Source: Eledone cirrhosa
Lineage: Eukaryota
NCBI GenBank assembly: GCA_964016885.1
Contig: OZ024741.1
Coordinates: 329,592,001-329,656,000, forward strand
Reading direction: 5' to 3'
Length of the DNA: 64,000 nt
The notes under the pieces were generated by a model. The model worked only from the letters and a program-made list of their open reading frames with translations, was not told the DNA's origin and made no database searches. Positions 52,222 through 64,000 of this stretch are shown one piece after another (the stretch's first letter is position 1; each line of letters opens with the position of its first letter). Position numbers and translations under genes: made by a program.

Positions 52222-55200
52222 CATGCATACAGATAGAGATTTCAATCTCTTCTGATTGAAATATTGCCTGAAAAGTGGCAGGATAATTCTCAAGGATTTT
52301 GAAATTGAGATATACAAGATTTGGAACATAAAGGTAAAAACAGTGCCAAAATTAATTGTATGAGGTGGGTAGGAGAAAAACCAACAAAAACAGGGTTCAC
52401 TTTTTTTTACACAATGTCAAAAAATAGTTCTGATATGACCAGCCCAGATTCTGCACAGTACATCAATTCAAGAACATAACCCAAGCATGGGCTACCTTTT
52501 TCGACCAGTGGACTACTACAAAATTCAAAGCCAATTTTGAAATTAGGCATGCCATTCAGAAAGCCAAGTGGGTTGCAGTTTGCTCATGACTGTAAGCCTA
52601 TGACTCAAAGCAAACAAACTTCACACACCACACATACATACTATACGAGGGTTCCTCCCAGACTACTTTCCCCTGGCCAGCGGTAGAACAATTTCTGTGA
52701 GTAATATTTTCCTACATTTTGATAATTTGTCTCTCGTGTAATGTATGTAGGGGTATATATATATGTGTATATGGGTTTTTAAAGAAAATTTGAAATGAAA
52801 AATTTGTTTCCCTACATTTGTACTAATTCACATATCCCACATGTGTGTATTCATTTTGATGAAAAAAAAAATACATAAGCTGTATTACAGATTAGCATTA
52901 TAACTGGAAATCACACCTCAGCCCAGTTTCATCTCATTTTTGGCCCCCAGGACGTAATGGCTCTTTAGTGTCCTTCAGTTTGAAACTCCTGGCTAAATAG
53001 AAATTTACTTGCTAGTTTGTTGTTGTGGTTCAAACCTGAGTCACTCCTGACAAATAGATCTATGGTCAAAGTCTTTTCATCCATGCCTGCCCTGTTCAAT
53101 CTCTTTTTCACAAAGAAATTAGTTGTGTTCCAACCCTCAGTCGCTTAACACCACAGAAACTGGGATAAGCACCGGGCTGATGAGCCTCCAGGCTTGAGAT
53201 AGACTTTAGACTATAGAACACGTTACATGTACCATACACAACAAAACAAACACTAAAATAACACCAGCCAAAGAAACAAGCAACCCTCCCCCATATCATA
53301 ACAAAACTGACACAGAAAGAGTCTATACTACCCCCCCCCCCCCCCCCCCCAAAAAGAACACACAATTTCGCACACACCCCAAGAACATGGCAGTGCACCA
53401 GTTGATGCAGTACAAACTTGAATGAAACTACAATAGAAATAACAACAATTGTTTCTACTTTTAGCACAAGGCAAGCAATTTGATGGGAAGGGGAAAGTCA
53501 ATTAAATCGACCCCAGTGCATTACTGGTACTTTATTTTATCGACCCTGCAAGGATGAAAGGCAAAGCTAAACTCAGCAAGATTTGAACTCAGAACATAAA
53601 GAGACATAACTATATGCCACAAAACGTCCAATGATCTTCTGTTTCCTACTTCTGACCACCACCCTTACAACAATAATTAGACACAAGGTCAACAATTTTG
53701 GGGAAGGGGAAAGTCAATTAAATTGACCCCAGTATGTTGTTGCTGGTACTATATTTTATCAACCCTGTAAGGATGAAAGTCAAAGCTAAACTTGGCAGGA
53801 TTTGAACACAGAATGTTTATAATAATTGTTTCTAGCATTAAAATAATTTCTAATCCAGGTACAAGAGGAAGGGATAAGTTGATTATATTGATCCCAGTAT
53901 TTGACTGATATTCTATTTTGTCAAGACTGGAAAGATGATAGGCAAAGTTCACCTTGGTGTGACTGAGACTCAGAATGTAAAGAGCTGGAAGAAACACTAC
54001 AAGACATTTTGTTTGGTGCTAATAACAACAATAGTAATATTAGTAATAGTAGTAGTAATAATAATAATAATAATAATAATATTTTAGATTGGTAGAAAGC
54101 CAGAGATTTGCAGCTGAGAGGTATGGACAGTAAAATAAATGGCTGCACATGTCTGGTATTCAGTTTATTGAGGGTGGGAAGACGACCTCGGTGGTATTTG
54201 ATCTCAAAAACTGGAAGGTCTAAAGTAAACACAGTAAGACATTTTATTCCAGTACCCCTACCCCACTTCATCACCCCCCCTCCATCACCATCATCCACCC
54301 CACTCTCATCACCATCACCCCTTCCACTTCATCCCCCGCATCACCACCACCAATAATACTTCCTTAGACCTAATGCCATAATTATGATTATAAAAACATA
54401 ATTACAAAGATGAAATATAAACACGTCTTGTATACACACACACAAACCTATCCCAGACACACACACACACACACACACAAACATATATATACACACACAT
54501 ATCATATATATATATATATACACACACATATATATATATACACACATTAATGATGCTGGAAAGTAGAGTTCAGCTGTGTGACTTGCTGGAATGAAAACTG
54601 TGTCTGGCTGCGGGAGGAGGGGGGGAGGGGGGTAAGGTGTATGGCCTCGAGTGTACCTCAAATGATTTCTGATGCTAGGGAACATAAATTGTTGCTATAG
54701 TTACTGTTCATAATGATGTTGGCTGAGTACATCTCTCCAACCAAGAACATCTGTGGCAAATTCCGATCCATGGATGATGGAATAATGATTCCATTATCTG
54801 GAACGGTACTCTTGGGGATTAGTGGTTACGGTGTTGAACTCCTGGTCATAAAGGTCATGGGTTTGATTCTTGGACCAGGTGACGCATTGTGTTCTTGAGC
54901 GAGGCATTTCATTTCAAGATGCTTTCATGGATAGGACTGGCCTCCCTCTATCATTTATACACTCAAGAAACCTCCTATGAAATGTAACTTTGTAGAAAGC
55001 CAGCTAAATCTGCTGAGCTGTAACAACAACATGATAGGACTAGGATCCTCCCCTATCATTTAAACACCCCAAAAGCCTCCTATGAAATGCAAATATAATT
55101 TCATTTCATTCACTACACATGCATACCCTAACCCTTGTTTTTCTTGCAGCTATCCAAAGAAAACATTAACCATGTCAATTTGTCCAATGTGAGAGATGGC

Positions 55201-57162
55201 CCAGCTTCTGGTAGCCATGACAACAAACCAAAACATTAAAAAAAACACATGAAGTAAGGAGATGTAAAAAACAGTTTCATTTGTAATAGAGTCAGAGAGA
55301 TAGCATCCTAACACATGGCATGTCTTGGGTATTTTAAACCTGGTAGAACCCATCTAGTTTCTTCCAGAGAAGAGAGAGAAGGTGAGATAGAGGAAGAATT
55401 CACCCTAGTATGGGACTGGTACTTTATTTATCAACTTTGAAAGGATGGAAGGCAAAATTGACCTCGATGGGATTTGAAATCAGGTGGCTCAGCGAACCAG
55501 AAGAGGATTTATAATCCAGCATCAGCCAAATTTCCATCTTAAAGTGGGAGATGACACACATAATATTCTGTGTAATTGATAGGACTCACACGATAGAACC
55601 TTCTGGTCATTTATTGGAGATAATGAAGTGGTGTAGTAGTCATTAGTGTTGGACTTACAATCATAAGGTTGTGGTTCAATTCAAAGACAAGGCAATAGAT
55701 TGTGTTCTTGAGCAAGGCACTTCATTTCACATTGCTTTTCATGCTAGGACTGGGGCCCCTATCATTAAAACACCTAAGAAACCTCATTGGAGGCCAGCTA
55801 AACCCACACAACCATTATCAGCATCACTCTTACTATTATCAGACACCTTCTCAACACTTCTTCCTGTGATTCAGCAGAGGGATACAACAGCACTGAGCCA
55901 GTACTTTATTGATCCCAAAAGGATGAAAGTAAAGTGAACCTCAGCAGGATTTGAACTCAGAATGCAGGGAGCTGGAATGAATATCTAATGCTCTAACAAC
56001 TCAGCTAAATTGACTGCTACACAACAACAAATCCAATCCAGGACCTTCTCACTCTTATTGGTGGAACCCCTCCCTGGTTAACTTCCACCACTTTTGGCTT
56101 TGCTCATGTCTTCAGGAGTGTAGCCTTATTCCCCATGCTAGACCAATTGGAGGTTGGTGAGACTATTTAACCCATTGTTGGGGTGCTTGACTCTGAGGAG
56201 TTCATCTGCCCTATTAACAACTCTTGTTTTTTTTTTTTTCTGCTGGGGTTCCATTGATCATCCTCACCAAACCAGAGTCTCGTGGGGGAGCTGGTTTAGT
56301 CGCTGACCACTCAACCATGAAGCACGTTGTACTGGGTTACATGACACGCACAAGCAAACCTGACCTGACAACAAATACTGTAATGAAAATATATATTTCA
56401 CAAATTACTCATCAAAACTTACATTAACCTTTTAGATATCAAGCTGTCGGAGACCAGCCTTCATACTATGATATAAAACTGTCCATTTTAAGGAGTGTAA
56501 CCCTTCCATTACAATATTTCTAATGAAAGATAGTGCTTGTGTGTCTCAAATCATTTTGAAAATAATCAAGAATTTTGTCCTTTCCTTTCCTATACAGCCA
56601 GATCTGCCCTTCTTTACCCCCCTCCCCTTTTTTCTCATTATTTAATTTTGTCTTTATCCTATTTTTTAATATTTTCCATCATTGTAAAATATAGTTGATT
56701 ATCAAGAATTTGGGAGGAATTTAGTTATATAGCTAACTTTCACATTATTAAGCTGGTGTTTGGAATGTGACCAGAAACAAGCTACCCTCCACCCATAACA
56801 AAAAAACTGATGCAGTATACTAAGAGGGAGTCTGTAATAACCCCCCCCCCCCCACACACACACACACACACACACACCAGGAACCTGGGGTGCACCAGGT
56901 GAAGCAGTATAAACTTACATGAAACTACAAAAGAAATAATAATAATAATAATGGTTTCTGATTTAGGCACAAAGCCAACAATTTTTGGGGAGGGGTAAGT
57001 CGATTAAATTGACCCCAGTGCACTACTGGTGCTTTATTTTATCTACCCTGTAAGGATGAAAGGCAAAGCTAACCCCAGAGAGATTTGAACTCAGAACATA
57101 ACGACCCTTTACGTTTTAAGTTCAAATTCCACTGAGGTTAGTTTTGTCTTTCATCCTTACAG

Positions 57163-57478
57163 GGTCATTTCATTTCATTTTATGTCCGCTTTTTCTCTGC
57201 TTGCAAGGGTGGGACGGGAACTGATTCTGGCTTGATTTCTACAGCTGGATGCCCTTCCTAACACCAACCTCATTTACAGTGAGTGCTGGGTGCTTTTTTT
57301 GCCATGGAATAATATGAACCCCAGTCCCTATCATCTCATTTCTACAGCTGAGTAAACTGGAGCAATGTGAAATAAAGTGTCTTGCTCAAGGAAACAACAC
57401 ATCACCCGGTCTGAGAATTGAACTCACAACCTTTTGATTGCAAGGCCAATGCTCTAACCACTAAGCCATGTGCCTCCA
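57163..57478 (-). mobile_element. Complete tripartite SINE: tRNA head + family B core + RTE-derived tail
   Basis: ggaggcacatggcttagtggttag..gagttcaattc head, cttgagcaagacac core, gttggtgttaggaagggcatcc..cggac.taaaa(tgaaa)n tail. A near-identical head-truncated copy is at 63568-63870. Confidence 0.85.
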
Positions 57479-57803
57479 TTAAAATTAAGTACCAGTAACG
57501 CAGTGGGGTTGATTTAATCAACTTTCCCCTACCCCCAAATTGTTGGCCTTGTGCCTAAACCAGAAACCATTATTTAACCATTATTAATGCTAATCCTTGA
57601 TGATGATGATGATAAGTATTAGTATTATTGAATAATGTGGCAGCTACATTTTACACATATATAACTGCTATATTATCATTTAAAGTCCAACCATTACTAG
57701 TAGAGAAAACAAACATATGATGATGATGATATGGTAGTTACTTATAAGTGTAAAGTGTGTATGAGGGGGACCTACATAATACCAAATAAAAGAATTAACT
57801 CAC

Positions 57804-58412
57804 TTGACATTGGAATGGCCTCTCACCCGTGTGAGTACGAGAATGATTCCGTAGTCTGTCTCGTTGAGAGAAAGCTCTTTGGCAAATTCCACATTTGAAA
57901 GGTTTTTCGCCAGTATGGCAGCGTTGGTGATTTTTCAAGTGGTCCTTACGAGAAAAGCTTTTGCTGCAGAAGGCACAATTGTATGGGCGAACGCCCAAAT
58001 GGGTCCGCTCATGATTCTTCAGCCGGTCTCTCTGTGGGAAGACCTTGTGGCAGTATGCACAGCTGAAGTGTTTTTCCACCTCTGGTATTTGCTGATGGCG
58101 TTTCAGGTATGCCCGCAGTGTAAATCCTTTGCGACACACCTCACATTTGAATGGCTTCTCGCGCCGACTATTTAGCAAGCCCATATTAATCGTTGCAGTG
58201 GGTATTGTGGAAGTTATGGTGGTCAAACTGTTCGAGTTCACGGCCAGCGCTGTCGACAAAGACAACGCATTCGTCGTTTGGTTCAAGTGTTCCAGCAAAT
58301 CCAGAGGTTTGTACTCAATTGGATCTTCAATAATAGATGTTGCAGTTTGGTCATTTGCATTAGGTAAAGTCTCGTGTGCAGGCTGCACAACAAATATTGA
58401 TTCAGAAGACAT
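57804..58412 (-). CDS. C2H2 zinc-finger protein, first coding exon (N-terminus, fingers 1-4, start of finger 5)
   Basis: ATG in gtcaccATG context with an in-frame TGA three codons upstream. CxxC-x12-HxxxH repeats with TGEKP/TGERP linkers. Ends at the GTGAGT donor. The spliced product is ~437 aa. Confidence 0.93.
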
Positions 58413-58751
58413 GGTGACTCAATTGCCTGCAGTTTAAACCATTCGTTCTTTCAAGGACAACAACATTAACAATGGTAGAAAAAAAATCTTTAGAAAAGGG
58501 AAAAAAAACACTAGCAACAAAATATCCTTTAAAATTTGCAGTTTTTTACGTGTCAAAATACAGGGTCTGGCACTGCACAGGATATGTAAGGAGCGTATTT
58601 AATGTAAACATTGCCATCGCTGTAGAAGACTGTAGGAACATTCCATATATAAGTGGCACTGGATAGAAAGAGAATAGAGTTGTATCAGAATGTGGGGTGT
58701 CCGTTAGGTGTGGCTTCTGTAAGCATTCTCAGTATAAAATGTAGAAGCAAT

Positions 58752-58770
58752 CTGGAAAGACAACAAAAAT
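58752..58770 (-). promoter_or_regulatory. Candidate splice acceptor opening the 5'-UTR part of the first coding exon
   Basis: Minus strand atttttgttgtctttccAG. An alternative weaker site ctgcAG lies ~14 nt upstream of the ATG. Confidence 0.45.
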
Positions 58771-58919
58771 AAGGAAACCATGAATGGAGTTTGATTTTAA
58801 CATACAAATATTAGTGGTAGTTAGTTAATTTGGATTGAGAAGTGGATGAAATCTAAAAGCCCTGTACAGCATGAAGCAACATGAGCAAAACATTCTTGCA
58901 AAGTAAAAAAATAGCACTA

Positions 58920-59563
58920 CAGTGAATCTTCGCTTATCCGGACGGTCAAAACCAAACAGTTAGAAAAAGATCCGGTTAAGTGAAATATCCAGATAAGTGA
59001 ATTCTAAAATCCCATTGTTACATAATGCTCGTGGTTTCTAATGTTTTGGCTTCTTTTAGTCAAAATAAAAGACAAATGCTAAGTAAAGAAAGTTTATTAG
59101 AATAACAAAAGAACAGCTAGAATTTATAAGAAAATTAATTAAACAAACATAAGAATAACTAAAAACTTGGTAAAACTGAATTGAGTCAAACCATAAAAAG
59201 TTAGTACTTTTTAAAAAAATGACTAAATAGAAGATTGTTTTCGCGCCGAAGCTCGCCGTTCCGCTACCATTTCCACGCTCAACCACCTCCCTCATGTTTA
59301 TCGCATGTAAAAATGGAATCATTCCTGTGTCCCCTTTTCCGATCAAATCCTGCAGCAATTGTTTTCTGTAAATCCGCTTTAGTATCTCTAAAACTCCCTG
59401 GTCCATTGGCTGAATAAGTGACGTAACGTTCGCTGGAAGAAATGCTGCCCGAATCTGTCCGTCTGCCGAAATCAAGTCCTCCTCATCCGGAGGTAGTTTA
59501 GAAATAGCCATCCGGTAAATCGAATTTCGGAAAAGCGATATCCGGATAAGCGAAGATGCATTG
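58920..59563 (-). mobile_element. Internally deleted pogo/Tigger DNA transposon
   Basis: TA TSD and 23-bp TIR CAGTGAATCTTCGCTTATCCGGA (2 mismatches between ends). Transposase remnant FLPANVTSLIQPMDQGV. Confidence 0.9.
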
Positions 59564-60560
59564 TATTACTACTTCACATCAAAAATTGAAGTCTTTCTAC
59601 AATCATTATAGGATATTAAGAGTTAAAACTAAAAATGTTCACAATGATAAGTCCATTCATAAAGATACTACAAACATTTGAATTAACAAAAGAGTCTTTA
59701 GACATTTTTAGCTAAATCGTTACAGGATGTTAAGAGTTAATAAATGTTTTGTTGTTGTTGAGTATCCCTGGTCAAGTATGAAGAACAGCAATATATATAT
59801 ATATAGAGAGAGAGAGAGATGACAAACCAACAAACGAAACCTTATAGGAAGCCAGCCAAACCTACACAGGTGTGAGCCATAACAACAATTACTGATGATG
59901 ATAGAAATGGTAGAGGAACCTTACATTGAATTAGAGCAATGTGAAATAAAAAGTTCTGCTCAAGGACACAACAGACCACCCAGTCTAGGAATCAAACCTA
60001 TCTTATGATTTTGAATCCAACACCATAACCACTAGACCCCATGTATATACACACACACACACATATATAGTTCAAGATTAAAAATGGCAAATACAGTTAC
60101 AAAAAGTCTTATTGGTTTCATGCTTGTTGGAAAAGGAAAAGGTACCATGCCCTTTTTTCTTCACCTTTCCAACCTCTTCTTTCTCTTAAATTCACTCTTT
60201 TCTGATAAAAGATTAATGTCCGATACGTTGAGACATATCTTTTCCTTTTCCAACAAGCATGACACCAATAAAACTTTGTGTAACTGTATCTGTCATTTTT
60301 AATCTTGAGCTATATATGTTTGTGTTTGTGTGTGTCTGTGTCTGTGTCTGTGTGTGTGTGTGTGTGTGTATATAACACTCACACAAACCACTCTACAATG
60401 ACATACAATGATAAGAGGGCTGCAGACTTAGTTCTCAAAGACAATACCAGTTATATGTTACATGTAACACCAATCTACTAGACCATACAACAGAAAGCAG
60501 GTTGCAGTCTTGACTCACAATACATACCTCAGATATATAGATATAGTAGCGTAGTGTGTG

Positions 60561-60628
<68 letters not shown>

Positions 60629-60814
60629 TATATAAACACACACTACTCTACTACTCCACCACACATATATTGATTGAATATCCAACATAATGTGTTACAA
60701 TATTGATTTAATATGTGGAATGTTGATTTTAATATAGATCATCTGAAGATATTGATTGAATACATAGCATTTTATTAAAAACAAACAGCAGCATGTCTAC
60801 ACCAATGATACAGC

Positions 60815-61240
60815 AGCAGTGGTGTAGTAGTGGTGGTGGTGGTGGTGGTGGTAGTGGTAGTAGTGGTAGTGTTGGTGGTAGTAGTTGTGGTGATAATGGT
60901 AGTAGGGGTGATGCATGTGGTGATAGTAGTTGTGGTGGTAGTGGTGATAATAGTAGTAGTGGTAGTGTTGGTGGTGGTGGTAGTGGCGATAATGGTAGTA
61001 GGGTGGTGGTTGTGGTGCATGCATATTGCCAGAGTGGGTAGTAATAGTAGTCGCAGTAGTAGATGTCATCAGTAACAGACTGGTGGTAGTAATAGTAAAC
61101 AGACTAGTAGCAATAGTAATAAACATGGTAGTGCTTCAAAATAACAATAACAGTGGTGGTGGTGGTGGTAGTTGTAGTAATGATAGTAGTAGTAGAGATT
61201 TTGGATGTAGTAGCAATGGTGGTGGTAGTGGTAGTAGTAA
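60815..61240. repeat. (GGT/AGT)n low-complexity trinucleotide tract
   Basis: Directly visible; source of the homopolymeric ORFs in all frames. Confidence 0.9.
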
Positions 61241-61843
61241 ATTTCTGCTAATATTACCAAAAAAACATTGATTTTATTTTGATCAGAAACAAGACCAATT
61301 TTTGTATTATAGAAAAAAAATAAAGGCTATATATAGACCACTGAATTAACTCGAGTGTATTACTGGTATTTATATTGATAACAGAAGAAATCAATAAAAA
61401 AATAAAGTCATGTCAACCAAACCAGACAGGAGATGAAACCAAGACTAACAGCACCAAATTTTGAATAATGTAAGGCAGCTGGGATAATTTCTTACAGACT
61501 GCATACTCCCCCTCACTCTCTTCAGTTACTTTCTAATGCCCCAACATAGCCATAGTCTAATGACTGAAACCAGTAAAAAGAACTATAAACAAAACATGTA
61601 CTCCCCAATCCCCGATCATTGGCTTTGTCTTTCGTTTTTCTGAATCTTCTAATATCCTCCGTGAAAATAATCAAGAATTTAGAGGTATTTAACCCTTTTG
61701 ATACCAAATCCCCCCTCCTGGTTTTACAATACAAAACTGCTTGTTTTAAAGTGTTTATGTCTATCTAAAAACTTTCCATTATAATTTTATGTAACAACTT
61801 TTGTTAAGCTATGTTCCAAATACCATCTTAATAACGATTAAGT

Positions 61844-62183
61844 TACTCTCAGGTTTTGAATAATGTCCCCCACCCCGCTTAATAATGTTTCAGGACACCC
61901 CACCCCCAACACCCGCTTTTATTCCAACCCACCTGCTTACTGAATTTTGTTAATCTATCCACAGCTAAATTTTATAAGTGATTCATATCGATACAGCAGC
62001 TGGAGAATGTAATAATTTTATTTTACATTAAAAGAACATTATATATGACAAAAAAAGAACATTACAAGAAATCCCACATTTACGAACGTACATTATACAA
62101 TTACCGACCCCCCCTCGTTTATAAGAATTTAAGCAAATGCCCCCCCCCCCCCTATTCCAACCACCCTATTAGACCCAAGAGTA
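61844..62183. mobile_element. Probable TA-target MITE (TACTCT...AGAGTA) nested in an older MITE
   Basis: Short terminal IR with C-rich subterminal repeats (tattccaacc). It interrupts an aagttact|..|ttactaaattattcc element. Confidence 0.4.
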
Positions 62184-64000
62184 TATTACTAAATTATTCC
62201 AAATTCTTGGTCTTTTCCTTTGCCAACTTATTCCTGGGAGAAGCATAGGAGCAGAATCCTGAAGCACGCATTCCAGCGGGTCCAGTCAAAAGCAACCATC
62301 TCCAATCAATCCGGCTGGATCCGAAAGAGACCAACCGAGCTCATGGATGTTATCCAACCATCTTGCTCAGGGTCTACCCTGGGTCCCCTGCCTGTTGGTT
62401 TTGCCCATCAAGTATATCCAATTAGTTGTAAACCAAAGGTAGTGCCTTTCATTAGAAATATGGTAATGAATAAGAAAAAGTAATATAACTGACTGTCTCA
62501 TTAAGCTGGTGTTCAGAGCATATTTATCTAAAGAAAAACCTTTCCATTATAGTCGTATATAAGGGTGGTGAATTGGCAGCATCAGCAGAGTGTCGGACAA
62601 CTTGCTTTATGGCATAGCATTATGGCTCTTTACATTCTGAGTTCAAATCCCAAGATTAGCATTGCCTTTCATTCTTACAGAGTCAATAAAATAAAGTACT
62701 CATAACGTTCTAGGGTTGCTTTTATCAACTTTCCCCTTCCCTTCAAATTACTGACCTTGTGCCTAAAGTAGAAACATTCATCATTTTATGTAAGAACTTT
62801 TAAGTTATATTCAAAACCCCAGCTAAAATAATGATTTCTAGTATAGCACAAGGCCAGTGATTTAGGGGGAGGGGCAAGTCGATTAAATCGACCCCGTAAG
62901 GATGAATGGCAAAGTTAACCTTGGTGGGATTTGAACTCAGATCGTAAAGGGCCGTAACTCTATGCTGCAAAGCATAGTGTCCGATTCTCTACCGATACTG
63001 TCAATCCACCACCCTTACCCCCAGCTAGAATAATGAAAAAATTAGTTATAATTACTAAATCCCTCAGAGTTCTAGAGTACTGATATTCTAAGCAGGAAGG
63101 ACTGGTCATCGTGGCTAGTGAGAGACATGGATTGTTGAACACAACATGGGTAATAAGGGGAGGACAAATGAGTGGGGAGTGCCTCAATAGAGGTGGCATG
63201 TGTTGAGCAAGCTCCAAATAACAAAGACCATTGTAGTAATGGTAGAAAAGGTAGATAGAAGCAAGGCTGGACTTTCACCTGCTGAAGCCTTAAGTTATAT
63301 GAAATGTGAGGCCCTTCTCTAAAATAATTCATACTATTCAGTTGTCAAAGTTTACAACTACTGTCATTATTATATTAAGTATCGGTAGAGGGTCGGACGC
63401 CATGCTTTCCAGCATAGTTACGTCCCTTTACGATCTGAGTTCAAATCCCGCCGAGGTTGACTTTGCCTTTCATCCTTACGGGGTCGATAAAATAAAGTAC
63501 CAGTAATGCACTGGGTAATTGCTGGCCTTGTGCCTAAATTAGAAACAATTATTATATTAATGTTAATGATCATCATCATCATCATCATCATTTCATTTTA
63601 CGTCCGCTTTTTCCCTGCTTGCAAGGGTGGGACGGGAACTGATTCTGGCTTGATTTCTACAGCTGGATGCCCTTCCTAACACCAACCTCATTTACAGTGA
63701 GTGCTGGGTGCTTTTTTGCCGTGGCACCTCCACGACCACTTTGCAGTGGAATGATATGGACCCCAGTCCCTATCATCTCATTTCTACAGCTGAGTAAACT
63801 GGAGCAATGTGAAATAAAGTGTCTTGCTCAAGGAAACAACACATCACCCGGTCTGAGAATTGAACTCACAAAAAGAATAAATTATATATATATATATAAT
63901 TTATTCTTTATCATGGACAGGTAGGGCTGAGTAAAGAACAAAAAGACAGGTTCTATGAAGAACTTTTACAAATGACTTCAGGTACCGATAAAAGTGACTT

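Larger units (their letters stand above)
33883..57803 (-). other. 23,921-bp phase-0 intron of the zinc-finger gene
   Basis: Donor CAA|GTGAGT at 57803 and acceptor CAG|ATA at 33883. The join restores PFQCQ-ICKKAF (CxxC). Confidence 0.85.

Noticed and set aside
52645-52740. TA-CGAGGG...CTCTCG mariner-like mini element
   Set aside because: The terminal match is too short and imperfect to support.
53177-53205. CTGATGA-GCC-tcca-GGC as a hammerhead core
   Set aside because: Stem II is not followed by GAAA, and the sequence is the SINE family B tail also seen at ~17850.
57410-57478. tRNA genes (A/B-box sequences here and in many other places)
   Set aside because: They are SINE heads: no complete cloverleaf, and they run directly into repeat cores.
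60775-61271. Gly/Ser-, Thr-, Val- or His-rich ORFs
   Set aside because: Trinucleotide low-complexity DNA open in several frames on both strands. The same applies to 18883-19222, 27361-27682 and 32266-32679.

Overview
Eukaryotic, very AT-rich, repeat-dense genomic DNA. The SINE, LINE and microsatellite repertoire strongly suggests a cephalopod, probably Octopus (inference). One host gene can be supported: a minus-strand C2H2 zinc-finger transcription factor of about 437 aa with two coding exons (58412-57804 and 33882-33178). A 23.9-kb phase-0 intron splits finger 5, and a polyQ-rich tail follows the fingers. The rest is mobile DNA: the 3' end of a Ty3/gypsy-like LTR element, three non-autonomous Helitrons, a 2.46-kb fold-back of two Merlin (IS1595/ISXO2-like) transposase copies, a near-intact RTE-clade LINE with a 15-bp TSD, a second RTE LINE with a PHD-like insertion and a 4x112-bp 3' UTR array, Tx1/L1-like remnants, pogo, Tc1 and piggyBac-type MITEs, dozens of tRNA-derived SINEs, minisatellites and a ~3.6-kb (TA)n block. 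The most unusual structure is the Merlin fold-back: its two broken arms carry complementary deletions around a perfect central palindrome. No prokaryotic systems, CRISPR arrays, rRNA or true tRNA genes were found. All family assignments are from motif recognition by eye, without database searches.
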